Positions 25,578 through 38,000 of a stretch of 64,000 nt of DNA are shown piece after piece (position 1 is the first letter of the stretch; every line of letters begins with the position of its first letter). The notes below the pieces were generated by a model. That model was given only the letters and a program-made list of their open reading frames with translations. It ran no database searches and was not told the DNA's origin. The translations under genes were made by a program, and so were the position numbers. This stretch comes from Klebsormidium nitens (lineage: Eukaryota; Plantae; Klebsormidiophyceae): positions 69,474 to 133,473 of the forward strand of contig DF237181.1 of the NCBI GenBank assembly GCA_000708835.1. Direction: 5' to 3'.

Positions 25578-26859
25578 ATGGTGTACATAGAGTCATGGGA
25601 CGAGTTTGCGGAGAAAGCGGAGATGCTCTTCCGGGCAGAGCCCTTGAGGGTGCGCACCACCCTAGCTTTTGATTTTTTTTTAGAATGTTGAGAAAAGTCT
25701 GCATTCATTGGGGGTGGCGCTGGACAAAGAAGAGCCCCATTCATTTTAAGTATGGCGTGTTAGTCCTCATCATTGCTCGAGTGCGTACTTCAAGTTGGCG
25801 GATTTGGGGTTGCTGAACTCAAGGAATGTTGTCCCTTGCTGTTTCCAACAAGAGATCCCTTGTGGCTCATGAACGTCTGAAAAATCCCAGAAAGAGGCCA
25901 CTTATTCTTGATTGACTTCCTCATTTTTCCAGACGCGATACTGCGTAAAGTACCGGCACCGGGAGGGGTTACTTGTGCTCAAAGTGACCGATGACAAAGT
26001 GGTGAGCAACAAGGATCACTCTGCTTCTTGGCACAGGCAATCCTTTGTGTCGACTGACTGTCTCGATTTGGCGCCTTTGCAATGCATGATTATGAACTCA
26101 TTTGTCGATTCGTTAATCTGTTAATTTGTTGATTATTTGGTCTCTCTATGTTTGGTGGCCCCTTCCGGTCTGTTGACGGCTTGGAGTGTCTTTATGTCTT
26201 TTCATTGATTTAGTTTGAGGGGGTTAACTTTTTCTTTGTTTCGCAGTGCTTGAAGTTCAAGACAGATCAGGCGCAGGACGCGAAAAAGATGGAGAAGCTG
26301 AACACGCTCTTCTTTACTTTGATGACAAAGGGCGAAAACGGTGAGGCAACACTGTTCCCTTAAGAACACCTTGGTCAGAAATATTTCATGACAATCTTGA
26401 CTTCTCTGCTTCAAGGACCTCTTACACGACAAGATACAGCCCCTTGCTTGCCTCAGGGGGGTTTTGGGAGGGGAGATGGCGTGTTGGCGGGAACATCAAT
26501 GTGACCCGTTTGTCCGTGGCTTCTCTGAGACGTTGCATAGAAGTGCTATCAGCGTCATGTTTGAAGTCTGCAAACCAAATGCATTCACCTTCTGAGAGCC
26601 GTTCATCTCTGCTTTCAGTCCTTTCTGGTTGCGACACAAGTAGATTGGCTGCAGTGCTTCGCTTCCAGCAAGGTGAAGCTCGAGACCTCAGCTTGTTGAC
26701 GTACTATTTGCTGTCATGCTGATCTGACCAACTCTTTTCAACAAATCGTGTGTACCAATATGTCATATGTACGTCTTTGCAGCACCCGCTCCGGAAGACG
26801 TTGTCATGCCTGATGTACAACAAGCTCCGCCCTCCAAGAAGGGCCGGGGCCGGAAGTGA
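25578..26859 (+). CDS. SRP9: Signal recognition particle 9 kDa protein
   Basis: Exons 25578-25649, 25933-26001, 26247-26340, 26783-26859 (TGA). MVYIESWDEFAEKAEMLFRAEPLRTRYCVKYRHREGLLVLKVTDDKVCLKFKTDQAQDAKKMEKLN is typical SRP9. Confidence 0.95.
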
Positions 26860-28156
26860 TAGGAATCAACTCGAACGGGGGGTAAAAAAGGGTGGGGGCA
26901 CGATATATGGCGTTTAGCTTCCTTACAACACCTGCCACCAAGAGCTGGGGAGAACAATGGTCAAAGAGTCCTCTACAGCGCTTGTTGTAGCAAGCTTCAA
27001 TGAAGCTTCATCGAACTTGTCCCATTTTTTTTGTGAAGTCACGAAACAGGTCGAAATCTGGAGAAGGAAAGCTCCAATGTTCCGGCAACAATTGCAATCT
27101 AGCCTTTTTGAACTCAAGGACACGCATTGATCAGGTTCTTGATTGATTGATATGAGATAAAGTCGACAACGAGTCAAGCAGGCGGACCGCAGGTCCCCAG
27201 CCCGCCAAAATTAGATCTGGTTACGCGTCACCAATAGTACGGCAAGAATTGAGCTCCACAGTTCAGAGCTTCCGAGAGAAGGCGTACATTACATATGCAC
27301 CTGAGTCAGTGAGACGGCCGCCCAATGTACTTCTCCCAAGGCTTCTAGCCAGATCTACCTAGCTTGGCATTCGACATGTAGTGACGAAAACTGTCAGGTG
27401 CATGCGGAGTTTCGCCGAGTCTGGGCATACAATTCGTGTCACTCTGGCCGGTGCCGCCAAATACCAGCGCGGCCCATGCCAATACTAGGCATGACAGCTA
27501 GCAGCTTGCAACGTAATTTCAACTTTGAGGGGAGATATTTAAAATACCAGCCTCATGGTAAATCATTGAATTGAGTTCAATGGACCGCGGCGTCAGCTTC
27601 ACTGATCGCTAGCTCTATATACCCATGCATGATTGATTCAGCTGGCCGCGGCCGCCATGGGTGCATGAGCCTGCACGAATGCTGCGCAATCTAGGCTGAG
27701 CCTGTCTTGGTTATATAGTATAGCTAGGCTGCCAGCTGCATTTAGTATCGACGGTATTGGCGGGCTGCCACTGGCAGGTTAGCACCGATGGCTATTGTCG
27801 AACAGACTCCAGCTCCAACTGGCAAATTGCATTCTCAGCACCATGCTCATATAATGCAGAAGATGTCCTAGACAGATTGGCGGCGAAATTCATGTCACGC
27901 TCCGACTGAATAGATGGATTTGTCACGAAAGGCTGTCATGTATCCAGGTCCGACATCTCATGGGTGGTGGATAACAAATGACATCTGGTTGGAGCCGTTG
28001 CAGGCATGCCAGGCCCCTACTTAAACGCGTCATCACCTGTTGACCCGCGTCGAACTTTACTCGGTTCGATTCCGCACCGAGTCCGTCTGGAAATATCCAC
28101 ATGTGCAGCTGTTTGCTGGTATGCGCGCTCAAGAGCAGATAGGCTTAATAAAACTC

Positions 28157-31100
28157 TTAGTCCGTGGCCCGTTTCGAAGGAACAGGCCGGCCTCCCTTAG
28201 GCTGGTTAAAGTGTTGCAACAGAAACACGACTGCAATCGCCACGATCAGGCACCCCACTAGCGTGCTAAACATCAACGCCCCGGGCTGCCGCACCTGCGC
28301 AAACCCGTAATACCCCTCGAAGCTCGTCAGTATCAAATCATTCAGCCCGTCGTTATTGAAGTCCGCCACCAACAGCGGCGCGATTGGCTTCGCTGGCAGC
28401 GAAAACTCCACCAGCCGGCTCCCGGTGGGGGAGATGAGCACCGCGTCCTTGTCCCCGGCCGCGAGGATGAGCTCGGGGGATCCCCCCGACCGCAGGGGCA
28501 TGGCGAGGAGCGTGGGGACGGAGCGGTCGGCCTGCACGCCCGCTGGCGTGAACGGGTTGGACCAGCTGGCGGGGGACGCGACCTGCCACCGCCGCTGGCC
28601 GTGCCGGTGGTGCAGCGCCTCGGGGTTGTACGCCGTCACCTAGGAGATTGAGCAGAACGGTAAGAGAAGCGGGAACGCTTACGAAAGATATACGTAGCAC
28701 AGGCTGGCAACAGGGAGGCTTACGAGAGCTAGGACGGTTTAAGAACCACTTGCAATCTCAAAATGCATGAGACGATGCAACCCGGAGGAGCGGGCAGAGA
28801 ATTTGCTACGAAGCAAGCAGATACGAGGGCATTCGCAAGTGGTATGCTGAAAGGTACTCATCTGCGGAGACAAAAGCGCTCGATGATGCTTGTTGCGGTT
28901 AATCAACGTCTGTGCGGATGGTAACAAGGGGAGGCTAGATCCCGCAAAGCACTGATTCAATTGTCACAAGGACTGTGAGTAAAAAGGTTCCTTTCGTTGA
29001 TTAAAAAAGCAGAACAGCTTTTTGAAATGAAGCCGCGGTACAATGACCACACGTACCTCCCCTCGGCTGTTGAGGAAGATGGCCTCGCCGCGGCTGTTGC
29101 GCCGGTGGCGGTGACCGTCGGGAATCGGCATGAGCACAGGGGTTGCCACCTGGCACCATCAGCAGGGGGCATGTGACGTCAGCGGAACAAAGCAGATCTC
29201 GAAGTACAACAAAGGCTCGAAAGATGCAGGCAGCGAAGCAAGCGGGCGAGGGGGAAATGCCCCAGAAGCACAAGACTGTGCATGTGAAAAAGAGGCTGAC
29301 ATTCCGCAACGAGAGAAACGTCATGGTACGGAAATGGAAGAGCATATGCCATTGGCCGCGAAGCTTTCCGCACCATGCTTCCGCGGTTTACATGCCCACG
29401 CCTACCGTCGCTTCATCATGCTGACTTCTAAGATGTACCGAGCCGAACGACACACCGAGGGGTCAACATGCTGACGATCTTGATAGCATTTGAGAGTTGT
29501 ACCATAAGGAACGCGCCGCCTTACCTCGAGGGAGGCGAAGTCGTCGTGCGGCGCCCGGCCAAAGTGGCGACTCGCGAAGTTGGTCTCACTGAACATGGAC
29601 GCGGGCCGGCAGATGGTGCCGTTGAACAGCTGCTCGCGCACGGGGACGCCCTGCGAGCCGCCATGGCCAAACGCCGATGAGATAAAGAACCTTTCCGACA
29701 ATAGAGAGGTCCGGACACACTAAGTACCTGCTTCAGCGATAGGAACGAGGACCTTGCGTGCGAAGTATAAAGACTTCCACAAGCAGACGGCTTTCACAAC
29801 AGCGTAAACAGATCATGTATGCTGCCACACAGCGTCTCAGGCTGGACACTTTGGAGTATTGACTCGGTTTGCGGGCTGATTAAGACATGACAAGAGCAAT
29901 TCTCACAGTATGGAATATGGAAAAGTCAGCGCTTCAATCAGAGTAGTACATCAATCTCTGTGGACTGTGACTAAACACGTGTGGGTTTCCAAGCATACAA
30001 GTTCGGCACATCCGTTTCCAGTCCCCTCTCACCGAGGTTGCTACAGCCCAGCACGGCTTGAGGGGCTCGTTCATCCCGGGGACCACGACGGTCTCCTGGC
30101 CGTGCCCGCCCGACGCCTGCACGTGGTCCAGGACCCCGTCACCATTGACGTCAGCATGCAGCTGGTGCGGCGGCAGCAGCAGCTTGCAGATGGTGCGCCC
30201 GCTGTACAGGTGGATCGCCTCGATGCCCTCCTTCAAATGGGCCACCAGCGCGTTGGTCACGCCCGCGTGGCTGCTGTTGGCCTGTGGAGGGGGGGTAGAC
30301 AGGCGTGAGAAAGTGGCCCCCGAGAAGGGGGGAAGCAGTCTCTGGAAAGCAGTATGTGTAGACTGTCATAGGCACCAGGGCGATTTCACACCCGCATGGC
30401 TGCTCTTTGGCCGGGAAGGGGCAGGTCCGGAAGGGGTGAGAAAAGTGGCCTCCGAGAAGGGGGGCAGGATAACCACAGAGGCGGAAAGAGTAAAGACAAG
30501 AGGGTAAAGATACTGTCCAAGTCTGACTCTTGTTGGCCTGGAAACGGAAGAACGTCCTTGAGTACTGTTCGCTTCAGGAGTCCGTGAAAGCTGGAACTAG
30601 GGACTGTGACAAGGGGCGCCCTCAATGCCTTATTTCGGCGGGGCTGCTGTTGACCTGAGCAGGGGGTTCAAAGAACGTGGAACAGCTACCCCCAAGATAC
30701 GAAAAGGAGAAGTGTTAGGAGACAAAAGTTACTGTGTGAAAAGGAGCAGAGGCGGCAAGGTGCACTACGAGGGCGTTGGCCATCACGCAGAAGTGCCAGC
30801 GGTCGGCCTTGTGCAGGGGGGGGGCTCAGATCGTCAAGGCAGCAATTGTTTCGGGACAGTCCGTTTCAAGTTCTTCTTCAATACTTCCTACCGGGAAGAA
30901 TATGCGACGCTTGAAGAGAGGGTACCTTTCGCTTTCTCATATCTGACCCGAATCACCACCTCGAACCCGTTGCTTCCTGTGCTTTTTTCGCTGTTTTCAT
31001 CTTCTCACGGTAGCCCAGTTGAGCTTGCTCACCTTGGCTGCCCGCGGCTTGGTGGCCAGCTCCGCGGCTTTCCCCAGCGCGCGCGTTACCGGGTTGCTGT

Positions 31101-34091
31101 GATCCTTGCCGTGAGCTCCTTTGTGGGACGAGTGAGGGCCGGGGGTTGCCTTGCCGCCCGGCGGGGTTCGCCGCCGGTGCTTCTCAAAGTGGGCCAGCTC
31201 AAAGTGCGTGTCACTGCGCCGGTCCTGCAGATTGTTGACGTCGTACGTGAGGACCATGGTGTATGTTTCTGACAGGATATGAAGGATTAACGCTTCCTGT
31301 CTACTCAAGAATGGAAGCTCGTACAAGATGCAGAGCGCTCCCAGCAATCGTCGAAAGTTGAGCTTGCTGAAGACAGGGAAGACAATTGACAGGTTGGTGT
31401 CCCCTGCCTGTGGCCTGACAGACAAGCCTCGGAGGACCACCTCGTAAACCGACCACACCTCTTTTGCTCGCTCCTTGAGCGATGAAATAAGCCTGAAAAC
31501 TAACTCGGGACAACTTGGTCATTATCCTTGTCTCGGATCCTCGTCCTTTGATCGTGATCGGCAGGGCCTTCCTTGGACATGCCCGAAGGCGACCAGCTTT
31601 GCTTTGATTGCTCTATCTACTATTGTCCACTTGGCAAGATGCATTCTCGAGCCTTCACTTCCGCAAATATAACTGGACATTCAGAAACAACAACTTTCTT
31701 GGGTAAGGAAATGATCAGAGGGCAGGTGTATGAAAAAGCGAATCTAATTAGGCAGAGAAACGGACAACAAAAATAATCGACACTGCTCACCCATCGGTGC
31801 GGCATCACGTCCAGCACCGCCTCCCGGAACTCGCGGCACTCGGCCTCCCCAAAGTGGCGCGCCCCCAGCGCACTCGCGTCTAGTTTGTAGTTGTGCTGCG
31901 GCAGCAATTGCTCGCTCAGCGCGCTGCCGTCGCGCCGGAAGTCCTTGCTGTCGTGCTTCCACCGCAGCGCGCCGTCGCCGCCCGAGTACGCGTAGTACGA
32001 GAAGTGGCGCTCCTTGGTGCCAGCCGCACCGCCAGTGACGTCCTCCAAGTTCTGTGGAGAGATGCGGCGGCGTTTTCGATTCTCCATTCAAGCTCAAGAG
32101 TCTTAGTCTCATGATTTCAACACTCTATGCAGCTTTGGTAATGGTGCATGTTGAACTTTTCAATGTCAAGGACGATGCACTAGTAGTTCAAAGCAGGACA
32201 GATGACAAAATCATGGGGCACAGGTCGTACTGAGCGTTCTCTTCGTACTTGCTGCTTGGCAATTCGATCAAACGAAACGGCAACTGTTTGTAAAAAGACA
32301 GCGTGAGTTTTTGAGACACCAAGAGTGGTGTCTCGAAGAGATGCATGCCTTCGCTAAACCAGGAACGACAGGAATGCCACGGATGCACTACCTGTGCATC
32401 AAGCCTTCTAAAAAGTTGCTCGAAGTCGACTTGAACAGGTGTGCGATCTGGCCAGTCTCTTGCGTCGCAAACTAGCGTCTACATAAGTACTGAGTACTGT
32501 CTTCGTACATAGACAGTTTATGCACCGCCTTCTCGTCAGCTCGAGGACGTACCGCTTTCTTGTCAGCTGATCTCCTCAGCTTGGCGGCCGCCTCCTCTGC
32601 TGACAGCTCCGCCGCCAGGGGGTCCGCCAGCTGTGGGGCAACCTCCATGCTGCCCCCCACAATGACGGAACCCCGGTCCCCCGAGCGCAGGGTGTGGTTG
32701 CCAATGTGAATGGCCACCTCGCGGTGGTGCGCACCATGGGGGAAATCCTCCTGAAGACCAGGTGCTCTTGAATTGTGTTTGTTCTCGTTTTTCAAGTGCT
32801 GGGGTGGATTATGGAAAGGGGGGAATCCAGACTGTCAATGAAGTTTCTGGAAGATCCCCTCGGGTTGAAAGTATCACGAACGAACAATGTTTCCGAGAGC
32901 TATGTATGAAAGCATACGCAATTATTACGGGTTCTAAAGACGGGTTCGATTGAAGCACTCTAAGTCCTGGCATAGTCCAGTCAGTCAGGCGTGTGGTGTC
33001 CGCAGAACGTTCCCCTCCAGAACGACTCCGCGCCTGGATTCCGCTCTTCTCTGAGCACTCCCTACCGCATCCAATTTCCCCGACAGCTCACCTGGACGTT
33101 GTTTTCCCACAGCAGCTTGAGGTTGTGGTCAAAGCACAGGATCGACCACCCCGCGGTGACCACCACTATGACCTGCTTTCTGGCGCCCTCCCGGGGACTG
33201 TTTCTGGGGCCGTCTAGGCTGCCTGCGGCCAGAGCCACTGGAGTGCGCCCTGTTGCTACACGGACTCTGGACGGAAGGAGGGAGGTCTGTGCTCGAACGA
33301 CCGTCTGCTTGAAGAGGCCGGCCTTGCTCCTGCGCCCGGGGTCCAATACCTGTGGCAAAATTAAATAGATCTGAAGCTGACGGTAGAGCTTCTTTGAGAG
33401 AAGGTGGCGCTGCGATGAAGGAGACCCTGCAACGACCTGATGAGGGGCCGTGAAAGAACTCGCAGGATCCATAAGAACCATCAGGATTCGATTTACTTTC
33501 CTGATTGATCCAGCTTTCCAAATTATCAGCTTGCTGGTCGATGCCACAAACTCACTCAAAAGCTCAGGGCAGAAGCGCAGATGGCAGACAGCCTATGGGA
33601 ACTCCGAGCAAACGCTGTGTTTATTCAGCAACGCGCAGTGCTCACCATAAGCTTTGAATCATGGGTCACAATGACCACCTCGCTGCGCCCATCGCCGTTG
33701 AGGTCTGCCACCACTGGCGGCGGGAGCGGGTCACCCTCGAGAGCAAGCATGCCCGCGGGCTGGCTGTCATGTGACCACTCCTCTTGAAACGAGAATTGGC
33801 CTTCATTCTGCGGCAAATGGGGATTGAGTTGACTGCTTGTTTCTGATGCTGTGAGAAAAGGTGGTCAGCATTCAGAGCTTTTATTGCAGCCGAGTCCAGC
33901 AAGCAGTGACTTCTACAATCGAACAGTTGAGGGCCTTCTGAAGAGACTCAGACACAATCGCGATTGCATAGTACAACAATTCATTGAAAGTGGAACCGCC
34001 AGCTAAACTTCGAGCAAGGGGCGCATACCTGAAGGCAGACGAGAATTGCAAAAGCAGCCAGTAGGAGGATGCCAAGGTCGCGCTTCCTCAT
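28157..34091 (-). CDS. NERD1: FG-GAP repeat membrane protein (NERD1-like)
   Basis: Exons 34091-34029, 33807-33646, 33349-33092, 32750-32553, 32051-31791, 31224-31033, 30281-30033, 29650-29525, 29149-29057, 28639-28157, all phase 0. N-terminus MRKRDLGILLL; FG-GAP motifs ADLNGDG, ADVNGDGVLD, ADFNNDGLNDL; C-terminal TM FSTLVGCLIVAIAVVF. Confidence 0.88.
30363..30830 (-). repeat. Degenerate copies of the NERD1 exon-7 acceptor region in the upstream intron
   Basis: The ~130-bp-period copy at ~30370-30464 repeats 30243-30333. A short copy lies at 30527-30545. A peptide-level copy starts at 30807 (ADRWHFCVMANALVVHL vs ANSSHAGVTNALVAHL). Confidence 0.7.
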
Positions 34092-35065
34092 TGTTAATGC
34101 AGTCAGTTGGACTACTTAGATCTTCTCCTCCCCCAATACTTCGCCACCTTGTTGAGAGCATCACCAGCAGGCCAGTCGTCCCATCACGGTTGATGAGCTT
34201 GCATTCAAGGTTGCTGGCAGTGGCGGCTGGGCAGAGAGAGAGAAGATGCATAATACGGTACATGTTTCAAAGCATAGCTGACTTCGTGCCCTGGCCCTGG
34301 GCCTGGTGTGCTGGCTAGGCTGGGGGGCAGGTTCAGACTGCTGCAAAAGAAAAGCGGCCGATTTGACACTAAATACCAAGTCACTCTGCCGCCGGCTCTA
34401 GGCGCCAGGGCCGGGTCAGCCTCAGGACAGAGCCAGCCCTTAGACTGAGAATTTGAATCTTAAACCGTCCAAAGAAGGTACAATTAGTGTCAAGTTTTCT
34501 AAGAAATTGCGCCTAGAAATATAATGTAGGTACCGTAGCTCTTGTTTCACCTGAGCTCCTGATGTCAGTGAGAGAAATGCAGCGCCACAATTGCTCCACT
34601 AGATAATTATAATTTATATAGTGATCCGCATTCAATTTCAACTTCAGGGGAGCTGGGTCCGCATGCTGGCACAAGCAATGGGCGTTTGACGTGAGCTGGT
34701 TGGTCCCGGGGTTGTGCATCATGGACGATTTTGCAGGAAGGGGCCACCCTGGGTTGCTGAAGGACGATTCTGTGGCACATTCAGATGAGAGAAGGCGAGA
34801 ATGCAGCCTATGACTTCTTTGCTTCGACGGACTGTTGGACAGTGCATTGCTCCGGTTGCATTTGGCTTTGCATCATCCCTTTTGTTGCAGGAAACCAAGC
34901 AATGAAAGGATGCCAGTTTCAGAATTAGGGTTTGGGGGCAATGAGATATGCGTGATGGGGGCGATAAGTTTGCAGCCAATAACCACTTTTCTAACTATTC
35001 TAACAGATCTCTCCTTGATTTGCAGTGAGGCATGGGATAGTCACTGGCCCCCAGAGAAGAGTCCC

Positions 35066-38000
35066 ATGGCTTCCCCTCTCAATGACCTGGCGGCCCGGGT
35101 TAGAGGGGCGCTCAGTGAGGATGAGGAGGATGCAGACACCGTGTACACCGATGAACTGCTCAAGCTGAGGAGTGCAGTCAATGAGAAGGTGAGAGATTGA
35201 CCGCAGCAACTATCAGCATGCCCTTGTCGCTGTCATGCTGGACAGGGGCATAAGCTGGCATTCAAACCATCTGGTGTCGCCCTCACGTGGTATATTTCCA
35301 GCAGACCTAAGGGCATGGCTAGTGGTGCGTTGTGCCCCACCTCTACAAGGTTTGGCAGTTTAAATTTTACTCTCAAACTTGCAGGGTACGCTTAGCAGAA
35401 GGCTAGCAAATCTATGCGTGCCTCACCTTCCTCCCCTAGCTAACGATGAAGGAAACTATCAGTCTGTGTCCACTTCTTTGTACATACTCAAGGGGCAGCC
35501 CGCTCTCTTCCTGGGTACAAAAACCTGAGCAAGCCTACAAAATTCTGGCACTCCAGGAGTTGGAGCTGGTCGAGCTGCGTGAGAGCCACATGCATCTCCT
35601 GGAGCGGAGTGCGGAGGCCCGCACCAACTGGGAGGAAGCAGTGGCCTCAAAGGACAGAGCAATCGACCAGCTGCAAGAGGCGCTGCGAGCAAAGGAGAAG
35701 GCGCTGGAGAGAATGGATGGCAACTTGAGGGAGGCTAAGAAGCAGCTGCAGGATGCCCAAGGACTGCAGGTAGGTTGGACGGACCAAAGCACCGTGTGGG
35801 GCAACTCCCTGATTGCTGAGCTATCCTCATCTTTTGCCTCCATCTTTCTGCCAATGCTCTTCTGAGTTGGTCAGAACGGTGGAGATAGCACAGTGCCTGA
35901 GCACAGCTCTATATGTTCCCCCAACGAGGCTACGCTTGGAAGTAGAACGCGATGAGTTAAAGAACAGACTTTGCTGAGATTGGCAGTGGAAGATAATGTC
36001 CACTTAAGTCAAACTGACTAGATTATCTTCATCTGTTGCTTTATCTGCATTTGTTTCATGGTGTGACGTTCAAGTCTCTTGTGTGTTCTCACACAGGCGC
36101 ACAAGATCTCAGAGCTCGAAGGCATGGTGGACGACTTGAAAGAGGAGAATGATGCACATCAGAAGCAGCGACAGAAGGTGAGGTGCTCGCTCCATAATCC
36201 ATAGAAACTCTCGATTCAGGGGATACACAGTTTTCCGGTCGAAGTCAACATAATGTGAGACAGGACTCTGACCTGCTCAATACCGTCACTGTCTTTTATT
36301 AGTCATCTATCGTTTGATCAGCAAGATCATGGAACTTGGTCGGGAAGTGTCTGGCAAATCCAACAAACATAAGGTTGTTGCATTAGTGATCCCTTTCTGT
36401 ATTGTCCGATCCGGCCCGCTCCTCTGAGCTATGAGAGTGAGGGGCATCTTTTCGTCTTGAACACTTGGCCCCCAACTCAAGAATGGCGTTGTATGTGTAC
36501 AGGACGTCTCTGAAATCAAGGCGCTGCGCTCCCAGCACCAAACGAACCGAGAAGATCTTGCAGTCGCAAGCGAGCAGCAGCAGGGGATTGAGCATGCCCT
36601 CACGAGGTAAGACGAAAGCCGATCGGCCTTGTCTGTGCGTGTTCCTGTGGAGTTGCGACTGCTGCACTGCAATCACAACCCGGGGCTAGCACCAGTTACA
36701 ACCTCTCTCTTCTTGTTTAGAAGGAACTGGCTGGCTTTTCCAAAAGACGCCACTACATGCTACTGTCTGACTTTACCTTCTTGATGTCTGCCGTATTGAA
36801 TCTCCGAAGCTTCAAAACTTGTTGATTACCTCGACGGGTATGTCTTTTGGAACCTTATGAGAAGTTGCAGCAGAGTGGCTCAAGTGTCTGACGTTCCGAG
36901 ATCACGTCTTGCGCAGGCAGCAGAAGCAGCTCGAGGCGCTGGATAAGGAAAACCGCCAGCTCCGGAGCAGCCTGGAGGCGGCGGAGCGGATGACGGAGAA
37001 GCTGAGGAAGGACCTCATGGGGCAGCAGGACGTCACGCTGCAGGCCAGCCAAGCCAAGGTGAGCCAACCAACTGGTGCACCTTCAAGGCGCACCTCTTGC
37101 TGGATAGCTGGTTGTCGAGTAGGCTCGTCCATGGATCCGACCTTACTTTCTCTAAGACCAACTTTGAACAAGGCCGACCATCGGTCCACTGAGATTGCTA
37201 CACAGAATGAATGAGATCTCTGTGGATGGGCTTTGCTTCCTGGAAGCCGATGCCCTGTACTCGGAGGCTCGACGGCTATTGACAGGCGTGCCCCAATGAT
37301 TGCTCTGCACATCTCGGCCCGTCATTTCCTAAGCCTCGGGAATTGAAACGACCTTATTTTGGCAGAAGCAAACGTTCTTTTTCCTATTGCAAACGCTTCT
37401 TACAGGAACTAATGGCGAGAGAGATCCAAAGCCGTGTTGAGGAGTTGCAGTCTCAGATGGTGGAGCTTCAGGTAGGACCTGATCTGTATTGCCTTGAGCT
37501 TCTGGCTACTGTCTGTATCCGACCATGTTCACGTCTCTGGCAGAACAACGCTGCATCCCAAAAAAGCATCATCTTTTTGTGATTTTGCGGCCGATTTGCG
37601 CATGCCGGTGATTCCCTGCCGGCATGGCTCGGATGACGTTCTCGCATTGTCGCGTAGTCAAATCGAAGCCATTTGATTCGATTCGACGCACGGATAACTC
37701 TGCAGAACTATTCACTGAAAAGCATCCGAGTCGAACGCCGTCGGTGTCAAAACTCTTAAGTCGCCAGCAATACAGGCATTTGACATGTGGAGCACTCTTT
37801 AACCTCGTCTAACGTGTCCATCGTACGTCCTGTGCGTTTCTTTCCGCCGCTTCTAGGCCTTCCTGTCCCTCGTGCTTCGTCCTCAACTAGTTGTGCCTTT
37901 GTCACGGACAGGTGGTTTGGTCGCCTGGGACGGCTAGCACCGCGCTGTCTTGCTGACTCGTTTCGGACGTCCTGTAGCAAGGGGTGGCGTCCAAGGAGGC

